Below are positions 9,336-17,377 of a stretch of 58,096 bases of DNA, one piece after another. Every line of letters begins with the position of its first letter. Positions within the stretch are counted from its first letter, which is position 1. The notes beneath the pieces were generated by a model. That model searched no databases. It saw nothing but the letters and a program-made list of their open reading frames with translations, and had not been told where the DNA came from. Origin of the DNA: an uncultured Candidatus Saccharibacteria bacterium (GTDB taxonomy: Bacteria; Patescibacteriota; Doudnabacteria; UBA920); contig CAYZEK010000001.1 in NCBI GenBank assembly GCA_964477805.1, forward strand, positions 53,510 through 111,605, given 5' to 3'. Both the position numbers and the translations under genes were made by a program.

Positions 9336-9399
9336 TTGATTTTATGGGCTAAAGCTGATATAATACTCTTGTACGGTACTGCTTTGAGCAGTCTTTTTT
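9336..9399 (+). promoter_or_regulatory. TTGATT-17-TATAAT promoter-like element followed almost immediately by a hairpin and T6 tract
   Basis: -35 at 9336-9341 and -10 at 9359-9364. Hairpin ACTGC-tttga-GCAGT at 9378-9392, then CTTTTTT to 9399. Confidence 0.35.
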
Positions 9400-9589
9400 A
9401 TTAGCTTATCCTTGAAATTCTTAAGGAATAAGCCAGACTAGACTAAAAAAGATCTCTATTGTAGTAACCAGAACAAGGTCATTTACATCCAGATAATCAT
9501 TAAATCCGGGCTTAGAAAGTATAGGAATGGGGGATTTGGCAGAACCCTATATGCTCGAAGTTCCAGATATAAGGAGTTGCATTGATTAA

Positions 9590-10279
9590 ATGAAAGCTCC
9601 TTTGAACCTAAATTCTGTAATTGAGAAGGCGGTAGCGATACTGGCTTTCTTACCCCTCTTATTCATGGTTTATCCTGAGTTTGCGGTTGCAGCTTACACT
9701 GCACAGAATAAAGGTGATAAAGCTCTAGTTTTTGAGATCGACTCAAAATCAACACAAAAGTTATTGACCTACGACGAATTAGCTCAATACCATAGCAAGA
9801 CTGATATCAATATTATTCTTGCTCCGAAAGTAAAAGCTTATTTAGAATCAAAAGGTTCTCCTCTTGCAGTGTATGCAGATGAGATTGTGAAACAACCTCA
9901 ATGGCAACGTGCCCTTGCTATCAGTTACGTAGAAAGTAACTTTGGGAAGCGTTGTGCCGACAACAACTGTAGTGGTATTGGTGTAGCCCCAAGCCATCCA
10001 TCATGGCGTCGTTATCCTACTAAACTAGAATGGTTTAAGGATATGAATACTATCTTGGAAAAACCTATCTATAAAGAACGTTATACAAACTGTAAAGCGA
10101 TGATGGGTGTATACGTTGTTCCTGGAAGCCCTCGCTGGCTTAACGGCTGTACTCAGGTAAGCAATGAGTTATTGGCTATTACAGCTCAAGCTCAAAATGA
10201 ACGCCTTGCGTTTATCCAGAACTACCACAATTCTGATACGGCATCCGTAGCCACAACTGAGGTTATAATGCTTAAATAA
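9590..10279 (+). CDS. secreted or membrane-anchored hypothetical protein with a weak lysozyme/SLT-like motif
   Basis: 229 aa with an N-terminal hydrophobic signal or anchor. SD AAGGAG lies 13 nt upstream. AISYVESNFGKRC..NCSGIGV resembles the catalytic Glu-Ser region of lytic transglycosylases. Several Cys residues. Confidence 0.55.
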   Translation: MKAPLNLNSVIEKAVAILAFLPLLFMVYPEFAVAAYTAQNKGDKALVFEIDSKSTQKLLTYDELAQYHSKTDINIILAPKVKAYLESKGSPLAVYADEIVKQPQWQRALAISYVESNFGKRCADNNCSGIGVAPSHPSWRRYPTKLEWFKDMNTILEKPIYKERYTNCKAMMGVYVVPGSPRWLNGCTQVSNELLAITAQAQNERLAFIQNYHNSDTASVATTEVIMLK

Positions 10280-10289
10280 TATTGAGAAA

Positions 10290-10326
10290 CCCTCCGTGCT
10301 TGGTTCGCCATGCTGGAGGGTTTTTC
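10290..10326 (+). terminator. intrinsic terminator
   Basis: Long hairpin CCCTCCGTGCTTGG-ttcg-CCATGCTGGAGGG followed by TTTTT. Confidence 0.75.
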
Positions 10327-10411
10327 AGTAACGAACACTGAGTTAATGTATTACTCAAGCGAGCCTTGAACAAAGTATGAGCTTACGTTAAAATTATGTA
10401 GTTACATCGGT

Positions 10412-10486
10412 GGTGCGATGGTGAAGTGGTAACACTGCGGTCTGCAAAACCGCCATGCGCGGGTTCGAATCCCGCTCGCACCTCCA
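10412..10486 (+). tRNA. tRNA-Cys (anticodon GCA), CCA encoded
   Basis: GGTGCGA..GCGGT-CTGCAAA-ACCGC..GCGGGTTCGAATCCCGC..TCGCACCTCCA. Confidence 0.9.
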
Positions 10487-10519
10487 AATGATTTATTGTA
10501 CTATAGTAATGTACACCCA

Positions 10520-10606
10520 GCCTGGGTGGCGGAACTGGTATACGCACAGGACTTAAAATCCTGGGCCCGCAAGGGATTGAGGGTTCGATTCCCTCCTCAG
10601 GCACCA
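10520..10606 (+). tRNA. tRNA-Leu (anticodon TAA), CCA encoded
   Basis: Class II tRNA: GCCTGGG..CAGGA-CTTAAAA-TCCTG, long variable arm, GGGTTCGATTCCC, CTCAGGCACCA. Confidence 0.9.
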
Positions 10607-10675
10607 CTATAATATTTAGCATTTTTCAATAGGTTCAGCCTTGCGTAAAATGATAATTAATAAATAGCAAAAACT

Positions 10676-11137
10676 ATGCAAAAAATAACTCCAAGTCTAT
10701 GGTTCGATCATAATGCAAAAGAAGCAATAGATTTTTACCTTTCAGTTTTTCCGGATAGTAAAATTATCAGCACCGAATATTATCCTCAAAGCACAGAAGA
10801 AGGCTTGGCAGATTTCCAAAAGGAATTTGCTGGAAAAGAAGTTTCAATCGAATTCGAACTCCTAGGCATGCGATTCATCGCTATAAATGCTGGACCAGAA
10901 TTTAAACCCAACGAAGCAGTATCGTTTATGGTCAGGTGCAAAGATCAAGCCGAGATTGATTACTATTGGGAAAAACTTACATCTGATGGGGGCCAACAAT
11001 CTGTCTGTGGATGGTGCAAGGACAAGTATGGGTATAGTTGGCAGGTCATTCCTGAAAACTGGGAAGAGCTCAGTAAAAAACCAGGTTATTTTAAAGTCAT
11101 GATGAGTCAAAAGAAAATCATCTTGGCTGAATACTAA
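10676..11137 (+). CDS. VOC family protein (3-demethylubiquinone-9 3-methyltransferase-like/PhnB-like domain)
   Basis: 153 aa. MQKITPSLWFDHNAKEAIDFYLSVFPDSKI and GWCKDKYGYSWQV are typical of this family. Confidence 0.8.
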   Translation: MQKITPSLWFDHNAKEAIDFYLSVFPDSKIISTEYYPQSTEEGLADFQKEFAGKEVSIEFELLGMRFIAINAGPEFKPNEAVSFMVRCKDQAEIDYYWEKLTSDGGQQSVCGWCKDKYGYSWQVIPENWEELSKKPGYFKVMMSQKKIILAEY

Positions 11138-11151
11138 CTCTTTAACTCAAA

Positions 11152-11181
11152 TAAAAACGCCCCCCCTACGGAGGCGTTTTT
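11152..11181. terminator. bidirectional intrinsic terminator between convergent genes
   Basis: AAAAACGCC-cccctacgga-GGCGTTTTT, with an A-run and a T-run on either side. Confidence 0.8.
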
Positions 11182-11206
11182 ATAAAACTGGCACTTTAAT
11201 AAATAT

Positions 11207-12463
11207 CTATTCAGCCTGAGTTTCTGTCGGGACTGCTTCCTTAACTTCTTCAACTTGCTCTACCTTCTCTGTATCAGACTGAACTTTGCTACCTTCAGGA
11301 GCTTCAGTCATCTGCTTTATAGAAAGGCCTAGACGGTGTTCGGCTGGTTCAATAGAAATGACTTTAAACTCATATTCTTCTCCTGTCTTAACAACATCTT
11401 CAGCACTTTTTACAGGATCATGAGACAGCTCAACCAAATGAGCTAGACCTTGAATATCTTTATCCAATTCCACAAACACACCAAAAGGCATTATTTTAGA
11501 TATAGTACCCTTAACTACTTGACCGATTTGGTATTTCTTTACAGCTTCTGCCCATGGGTCATTCTGTAACTGTTTAATAGACAAACTTAAACGGCCTTTT
11601 TCAATAGCAATAATCTTTGCTTTTACAGTATCACCAACTTTAAACAAGTCTTTCGGGTTTTCAATGCGTTGCCATGCAAGCTCAGAAATGTGCACCAAAC
11701 CCTCCAACTCGCCAAACTTAACAAATACACCAAAATCTACTACCCCAGTAATCTGCCCTGTAATAACATCGCCGATCTTTAATTCAGACATCTTGCTATG
11801 CATCTCTTCTTCGTGAACCGCTTTTTCAGATACAATCAATTTTTCTTCATTCATATCTGCGGTAATAACTTGTACGTTAAAGTTTGTTCCAACGTAACTA
11901 TTTAGAATGGAAAGAATTTTGTTCTTATCACCATCCTCAACGCGAGGATAATGTTCAAGAGATAATTGTGATACCGGCAAGAAACCAGTTACGTTGTTTA
12001 ATTCAATCATCAAACCACCTTTGTTAGCTGCCAAAATTTTGGTAGAAACAATTTCCCTGCTTTCCATATAATCACGAAGCTTTTGCCACACACGTTCTTG
12101 TCCTGCAACACGAAGCGAAAGCTCAACATTTCCCTCACGGTTTTCTGTCTCAACTACTGAAGCAGTAATTTTGTCCCCAGGTTTTAGGGAATTTAAGGTT
12201 GCTTGATCATCATAAAGTTCACGACCGCGCACCACGCCAATACCATAACCAGCCAAGTCAATATAGACCTCATTTTTACTTACAGAAATCATAGTACCTT
12301 CAACCATATCGCCAGGCTTTAGAACACGAATCTCTGCTCCACTATCCATAAGCTCGCCCATGCTTTGTGCGCTAGCATCACCAGTTACGGCTTGGGTAAC
12401 AATTTCCTGCTGTTCTGGCTCTATTCCCATACCAGCATTATTTGCTGTATTTTCTTCTGTCAT
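11207..12463 (-). CDS. rpsA: 30S ribosomal protein S1 (four S1 domains, acidic C-terminal tail)
   Basis: 418 aa with repeated S1 OB-fold signatures (G.V..V...G.FV.L..GI.GL.H.SEL). Confidence 0.9.
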   Translation of the reverse strand: MTEENTANNAGMGIEPEQQEIVTQAVTGDASAQSMGELMDSGAEIRVLKPGDMVEGTMISVSKNEVYIDLAGYGIGVVRGRELYDDQATLNSLKPGDKITASVVETENREGNVELSLRVAGQERVWQKLRDYMESREIVSTKILAANKGGLMIELNNVTGFLPVSQLSLEHYPRVEDGDKNKILSILNSYVGTNFNVQVITADMNEEKLIVSEKAVHEEEMHSKMSELKIGDVITGQITGVVDFGVFVKFGELEGLVHISELAWQRIENPKDLFKVGDTVKAKIIAIEKGRLSLSIKQLQNDPWAEAVKKYQIGQVVKGTISKIMPFGVFVELDKDIQGLAHLVELSHDPVKSAEDVVKTGEEYEFKVISIEPAEHRLGLSIKQMTEAPEGSKVQSDTEKVEQVEEVKEAVPTETQAE

Positions 12464-12535
12464 GTTAATTCTTTCTAAAATATACTTCTTGTATTCAAGC
12501 TATTTATCATATTCTATGTACTTAAACGCACAAAT

Positions 12536-12571
12536 GATAAAAAAATAAAAACAACGTCTAGATTTCGTTGT
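12536..12571 (-). terminator. minus-strand intrinsic terminator upstream of rpsA
   Basis: ACAACG-9 nt-CGTTGT at 12551-12571, followed on the minus strand by TTTTATTTTTTTATC. Confidence 0.7.
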
Positions 12572-12726
12572 GTAAATATCTAAAACAAAAATTGTATATT
12601 AATTATTAAACGCGCCCGTTACTTGGACTTACTGGGGGTTAAAATTTAAGTTTGTGGTTTGAGTTAAGCGTGGCGCGAGGAAGCGCTTAGCAACTACGGA
12701 ACCATGGGCAACGTACGCCAATAAGT
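12536..12726 (-). ncRNA. candidate ncRNA or attenuating leader of about 190 nt, class unknown
   Basis: Bounded by a minus-strand promoter (TTACTT-16-TATAAT, 12760-12733) and the terminator at 12536-12571. No ORF longer than 11 codons. GC-richer than its surroundings. Local hairpin at 12665-12689 has a CUUCCUC-containing loop. Confidence 0.4.
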
Positions 12727-12732
12727 AGAGGA

Positions 12733-12760
12733 ATTATAACCGGAAATCAAGAAAAAGTAA
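12733..12760 (-). promoter_or_regulatory. minus-strand promoter TTACTT-16-TATAAT
   Basis: -35 is the complement of 12755-12760 and -10 the complement of 12733-12738. Confidence 0.4.
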
Positions 12761-12821
12761 AGTCTCCATAAAACACAGCGATTTTTAACCACAAATCAGT
12801 ATAAAAATACCGAAATACCCA

Positions 12822-12850
12822 TTGTTGAGCACCCGCAAAAATGCTATAAT
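12822..12850 (+). promoter_or_regulatory. promoter TTGTTG-17-TGcTATAAT, 6 nt upstream of the ATG at 12857
   Basis: -35 at 12822-12827 and extended -10 at 12842-12850. Only TATCTT separates the -10 from the ATG. Confidence 0.6.
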
Positions 12851-12856
12851 TATCTT

Positions 12857-13507
12857 ATGCAAATCCATTATTTTGGCTTATCTAGCTTTAAAATCATAAC
12901 TAAAGATGCCGTAGTAGTTACAGACCCTTTTGATAAAGAATCTGGATTAACACCCCCTCGCGGGACAGCAGATATAATTGTCCTTTCTGAGAAAACCAAT
13001 AAACTTTATAATGCTATTTCTGGATTTTCTGGAGAACCTTTTCTTGTTAATGATCCGGGGGAATATGACATCAAAGGCGTAACAATAACCGGTATTCCTC
13101 TTAAACAAGACGATGCCGGAAAAGACAACAAACCCCGCTACGTTACTGCGAACTTAATAGAAGCAGAAGATATTCGTATTTTAAACCTGAATCACATCCG
13201 TGAGTTCAACATGAAAGAAGATGATGTAGAAAGCTTGGGGGAAATAGATATTTTGATTTTGCCTATCGGAGGAAATAGTGTTTTAACAGCCAAGGATGCT
13301 GAAAAAATAATAAATGAAATTGAACCTAAAATTGTTATTCCATCCCATTACTCAATTGAAGGACTTAAACTACCTTACGATAAAATTGAAGTATTTTTAA
13401 AGGAAACTGGGGCAAAAGCAGAGACAATGGATAAATTATTGGTAAAAAAGAAGGATTTAAATCCTGAGGTAATTAAGAAAATAGTTATTTTAGATCCGTT
13501 GCGCTAA
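12857..13507 (+). CDS. MBL-fold metallo-hydrolase (UPF0173-like)
   Basis: 216 aa. MQIHYFGLSSFKI...VVTDPFD and ..ILPIGGN.. match the Lactamase_B_3-type small hydrolases. Confidence 0.75.
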   Translation: MQIHYFGLSSFKIITKDAVVVTDPFDKESGLTPPRGTADIIVLSEKTNKLYNAISGFSGEPFLVNDPGEYDIKGVTITGIPLKQDDAGKDNKPRYVTANLIEAEDIRILNLNHIREFNMKEDDVESLGEIDILILPIGGNSVLTAKDAEKIINEIEPKIVIPSHYSIEGLKLPYDKIEVFLKETGAKAETMDKLLVKKKDLNPEVIKKIVILDPLR

Positions 13508-13518
13508 AATCAAACGGT

Positions 13519-13737
13519 ATGAAAAAAGTTATCAATCACATCCGCAAAAAACCAGAACATAAGCGTGATCAATACGTTTGGATCATTGCTGGATTAGCAA
13601 CAGCTCTTTTGCTTATCATCTGGATGATTGTAGGCAACGCCAAAAAATTTAAAATTGATGGAAGTTTTTTTGAAAGCTTTAACCAAGAAGTGAACCAGAG
13701 TAAAAATACTTTTGATGGGAATCTGCTGAAACCTTAA
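13519..13737 (+). CDS. hypothetical small membrane-anchored protein
   Basis: 72 aa with a basic N-terminus and one TM helix. It is tightly packed between the MBL gene and gyrA. Confidence 0.4.
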   Translation: MKKVINHIRKKPEHKRDQYVWIIAGLATALLLIIWMIVGNAKKFKIDGSFFESFNQEVNQSKNTFDGNLLKP

Positions 13738-13755
13738 ATTATTTAGAACAACGCT

Positions 13756-16224
13756 ATGCCAAAAGATGCAAAAGAAGAACTTAGTGAAAATATTGGAGTT
13801 ATAAATACCAGATACCTTGGTCAGGAAATGCAGGAATCTTTCTTGGATTACGCAATGAGCGTGATTGTTATGCGCGCGCTTCCAGATGTCCGAGATGGAT
13901 TAAAACCAGTTCACCGTCGCATTCTTTACGCCATGAATTCATTGGGGTTACGCAGTACTGCAAAAACTCGTAAATCTGCAACAGTTGTTGGTGAAGTTTT
14001 GGGTAAATACCACCCTCATGGCGACACAGCTGTATACTATTCTATGGTCCATATGGCTCAGGACTTTGCCATGCGCTACCCGCTAATTATTGGACAGGGG
14101 AATTTTGGCTCTATGGATGGTGACGGAGCAGCGGCGATGCGTTATACAGAAGCAAAAATGTCTGCCCTAGCAGGAGAATTACTAGAAGATTTAGACAAAG
14201 AAACCGTTGATTTTCGTGATAACTACGATGCCACAGAAAAAGAGCCAAGCGTTCTCCCTGGGAAACTACCAAATCTGTTACTCAACGGCACTTTAGGTAT
14301 TGCGGTTGGAATGGCAACAGATATTCCTCCCCATAATTTAACAGAAGTGGTCAATGCAATTATCGGAATAATTGAAAACCCTGACATATCAGTTGATGAG
14401 CTTTCTGACATAATCACCGGGCCAGACTTCCCGACAGGTGGCATTATTTATGATCGTTCCGCAATAAAAAATGCTTACGCTACAGGCAAGGGAAGTATCG
14501 TCATTCGTGGTAAAACTGAAATTGAAGAAACTAAAACCGGCTCACACAAAATCTTAATCACTGAGATTCCTTACCGAGTCAACAAAGCAACTATGCTACA
14601 ACGCATCGCTGATTTAGTGCGTGATAAAAAGCTGGATGGAATTAAAGATGTTCGTGACGAAAGCGATAAAGATGGTGTTCGTATCGTGATTGAGTTAAAA
14701 CGAGAAGGTTTGCCAAACAAAATTTTGAATCAGTTATTTTCTTACACGCAATTACAAGATACTTTTCATATGAACACATTAGCACTTGTTGACGGTCTTG
14801 AACCACAAGTGTTAAATATCAAAAGTATTTTAGAATACTACTTGGAACACCGCCAATCTGTTGTTCGTCGTCGCACTGAGTTTGAACTCAAAAAAGCAAA
14901 AGATCGGGAACATATTTTAGAGGGCCTAACTACTGCGCTAGATCACATTGAGGAAGTGATAAAAATAATTCGAGGCTCTGATGACCGTTACGATGCCCAA
15001 GCTAAACTGATGAAGAAGTTCAAGCTTACAGAAATTCAGACCAATGCGATTTTAGATATGCGCTTGCAAACTTTAGCGGGACTGGAACGCAAAAAAATTG
15101 AGGATGAATTAAAAGAAAAGCGTAAGCTTATTGCTGAACTGGAAGCCATTCTTGCTTCTAAAAAGAAGGTTCTTGGCATCATCAAAACTGAAGTGACTGA
15201 GATGAGAGATAAATATGGGGACGAACGTCGCACCCAAATAGTCCCACAAGCGATTGGTCAATTTAACGCTGAGGACTTAATTCCAGAAAATAGCGTCATC
15301 ATTAGCATAACAAAATCTGGCTATATAAAGCGCCAATCACCAGATACATATCGCCAGCAAGCGCGTGGTGGTAAAGGGGTTATTGGTCAAACCCTAAAAG
15401 AAGAAGACATTGTTGAGTCCGTTCTTTCTGCCAGCTCTCACGATGATATCATGTTCTTTACAAACAAAGGACGCGTGTTGGTAACAAAGGCATACGAAAT
15501 TCCAGAAAGTTCTCGTACCAGCAAAGGTCAAGCTCTGGTAAACTTCTTACAACTTGGCAACAACGAAACGGCAACTGGAGTATTAGCACTGGACAAAAAA
15601 AGTACAGCTCAGTATTTAGTAATGGCCACTCGCAATGGATTGGTGAAAAAAGTAGCTCGTGAAGATTTTGCCAAAGTGCGCAAGTCAGGGATTATTGCCA
15701 TTGGGCTTAAGGGTGATGACGAACTTCGCTGGGTTAAAGCTTCATCAGGAAAAGATGAAATTATGCTTTCAACAGAAGATGGCCAAGCTATTCGTTTCAA
15801 AGAGACGGATATTCGTGCAATGGGTCGAGCAGCCAGCGGTGTGACTGGGATGCGATTGAAGAAAAATGATCACATTATTTCTATGGATATTATTACCAAA
15901 GATATGGAAACTGGCCGTGAAGTATTAGTTGTTACTGAACATGGATTAGGAAAGAAGACTCCTGTAAAAGACTACAAAGTACAGAAACGCGCTGGGAGTG
16001 GAATCAAGACGGTAAAAATTACAGATAAAACTGGCAAAATTGTCTCAATGGCAATTTTAACCCACGAAGATTCTGAGACCAAAGACTTGTTGATCATTTC
16101 TAAACAAGGTCAAACTATCAAAACACCTTTAAAAACAATATCTACGCTAGGACGAGCAACCCAAGGTGTAAAAATCATGCGCCTCACAGACGGCGATACA
16201 GTCGCCAGCGCAACAGTAGTATAA
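13756..16224 (+). CDS. gyrA: DNA gyrase subunit A
   Basis: 822 aa. [23 protein letters not shown], the active-site region [10 protein letters not shown] and a C-terminal beta-pinwheel repeat. Confidence 0.97.
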   Translation: MPKDAKEELSENIGVINTRYLGQEMQESFLDYAMSVIVMRALPDVRDGLKPVHRRILYAMNSLGLRSTAKTRKSATVVGEVLGKYHPHGDTAVYYSMVHMAQDFAMRYPLIIGQGNFGSMDGDGAAAMRYTEAKMSALAGELLEDLDKETVDFRDNYDATEKEPSVLPGKLPNLLLNGTLGIAVGMATDIPPHNLTEVVNAIIGIIENPDISVDELSDIITGPDFPTGGIIYDRSAIKNAYATGKGSIVIRGKTEIEETKTGSHKILITEIPYRVNKATMLQRIADLVRDKKLDGIKDVRDESDKDGVRIVIELKREGLPNKILNQLFSYTQLQDTFHMNTLALVDGLEPQVLNIKSILEYYLEHRQSVVRRRTEFELKKAKDREHILEGLTTALDHIEEVIKIIRGSDDRYDAQAKLMKKFKLTEIQTNAILDMRLQTLAGLERKKIEDELKEKRKLIAELEAILASKKKVLGIIKTEVTEMRDKYGDERRTQIVPQAIGQFNAEDLIPENSVIISITKSGYIKRQSPDTYRQQARGGKGVIGQTLKEEDIVESVLSASSHDDIMFFTNKGRVLVTKAYEIPESSRTSKGQALVNFLQLGNNETATGVLALDKKSTAQYLVMATRNGLVKKVAREDFAKVRKSGIIAIGLKGDDELRWVKASSGKDEIMLSTEDGQAIRFKETDIRAMGRAASGVTGMRLKKNDHIISMDIITKDMETGREVLVVTEHGLGKKTPVKDYKVQKRAGSGIKTVKITDKTGKIVSMAILTHEDSETKDLLIISKQGQTIKTPLKTISTLGRATQGVKIMRLTDGDTVASATVV

Positions 16225-16242
16225 AAAATACCCACTCTAAAA

Positions 16243-16270
16243 AACACGGTGATTTACCGTGTTTTTTTGA
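16243..16270 (+). terminator. intrinsic terminator after gyrA
   Basis: AACACGGT-gattt-ACCGTGTT followed by TTTTTT. Confidence 0.85.
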
Positions 16271-16274
16271 GGTT

Positions 16275-16303
16275 GCCCAGAAACCAAGAAAACCATATAA
16301 TAC
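16275..16303 (+). promoter_or_regulatory. promoter TTGCCC-17-TATAAT upstream of tRNA-Ile
   Basis: -35 at 16275-16280 and -10 at 16298-16303. Confidence 0.5.
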
Positions 16304-16323
16304 CTAAGTAATAATCAAATTTG

Positions 16324-16400
16324 GCGCGTGTAGCTCAGCTGGTTAGAGCACAAAGCTTATACCTTTGCGGTCCTTGGTTCGAATCCAAGCACGCGCACCA
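16324..16400 (+). tRNA. tRNA-Ile (anticodon TAT, reads AUA), CCA encoded
   Basis: GCGCGTG-TA-GCTC-AGCTGGTTA-GAGC-A-CAAAG-CTTATAC-CTTTG-CGGTC-CTTGG-TTCGAAT-CCAAG-CACGCGC-A-CCA. Positions 34-36 read TAT. Confidence 0.85.
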
Positions 16401-16690
16401 TGCTAAAATATCTACGAATGGATACTGAAAAACGAAAAGAATTATTTGAAGATAAATACGAAAGAAAACTAGGGATTTCTTATCAAGAATGGATAGAAAC
16501 TGCTCCAAACACAGAAACTGAAGCTTATACATACTGCAAAGAATTAGATGATGAATTAAAAAATACTTATGATACCTGGTTCCACTCAGTAGGAGACGAG
16601 CGAACTAAACTAGAAGATTATCGTGATCGACTCAAACTAGAATACGATATTGTGGAAGAATTGTTTGGGCTTGAACTAACTGATCATTAA
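16400..16690 (+). CDS. hypothetical acidic helical protein
   Basis: 96 aa. The ATG shares its A with the terminal A of the tRNA-Ile CCA, and there is no SD. An alternative ATG lies at 16418. No family recognised. Confidence 0.4.
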   Translation: MLKYLRMDTEKRKELFEDKYERKLGISYQEWIETAPNTETEAYTYCKELDDELKNTYDTWFHSVGDERTKLEDYRDRLKLEYDIVEELFGLELTDH

Positions 16691-16699
16691 AATACCGAG

Positions 16700-17377
16700 A
16701 TGCTATATGTTGTCCCAACCCCATTAGGAAATCTAAAAGATATAACTGAGCGCGCCAAAGAACAACTCGCAACTTGCGATTTTATTATTGCCGAAAACCC
16801 TTCTACTACTAGCAAGCTCCTACAACTCTTAAAGCTTCCCCAAAAAAGCCCGAAGCTAGAAATAGTCCAGTTTGCCGATCACAATGAACAAAAAGTTTTA
16901 CACACATATCTTGATCGCCTGGAAAAGCAAGACGCGTGCCTAGTAAGCGATGCAGGGACACCAGGAGTGTCTGACCCAGGTTTTCGATTAGTCCGCTCCG
17001 CCAGGGAACGTGGGATTCAAGTTTCAGCGCTACCTGGAGCAAATGCAGTTACCGCAGCTTTATCTGCATCAGGACTTCCGACAGACCGTTTCCTATTTGT
17101 TGGTTTTTTCCCGAAAACGGAATTTAAAGTGATTGAATATATTAACCTAGCTAAAATAACTACAGCAACATTAATAGCCTATGAATCTCCACAAAGGATC
17201 ATTAAAACCATGGGCTACATAGCAAACAACTTCCCAGAAGCAAATGTAGTAATTGCTCGCGAACTAACCAAAATACACGAAGAGTACATATCTGGCATTC
17301 CGTCAGAGATTATCAATATATTGAAAACGAAGAAATCAATTAAGGGCGAAATTACATTATTACTAAGTTTTAAATAA
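16700..17377 (+). CDS. rsmI: 16S rRNA (cytidine1402-2'-O)-methyltransferase RsmI
   Basis: 225 aa. [16 protein letters not shown] and [12 protein letters not shown] are typical RsmI motifs. Confidence 0.9.
   Translation: MLYVVPTPLGNLKDITERAKEQLATCDFIIAENPSTTSKLLQLLKLPQKSPKLEIVQFADHNEQKVLHTYLDRLEKQDACLVSDAGTPGVSDPGFRLVRSARERGIQVSALPGANAVTAALSASGLPTDRFLFVGFFPKTEFKVIEYINLAKITTATLIAYESPQRIIKTMGYIANNFPEANVVIARELTKIHEEYISGIPSEIINILKTKKSIKGEITLLLSFK

Noticed and set aside
8700-10610. Integrated mobile element at the tRNA clusters
   Set aside because: There is no integrase, transposase or phage gene, and I could not find a duplicated tRNA 3'-end (att-like) direct repeat. Only the islet-like layout remains, and that is reported as a finding.
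10383-10622. 79-aa minus-strand ORF
   Set aside because: It is entirely antisense to tRNA-Cys and tRNA-Leu(TAA).
12600-12720. Possible SRP (4.5S) RNA on the plus strand (GCGC-GAGGAA-GCGC ... AGCA)
   Set aside because: The loop is not a GNAR tetraloop. The flanking symmetric-loop consensus (AGGUC...GGAAGCAGCC) is absent, and the plus strand has no promoter or terminator. The signals favour a minus-strand transcript of unknown class.
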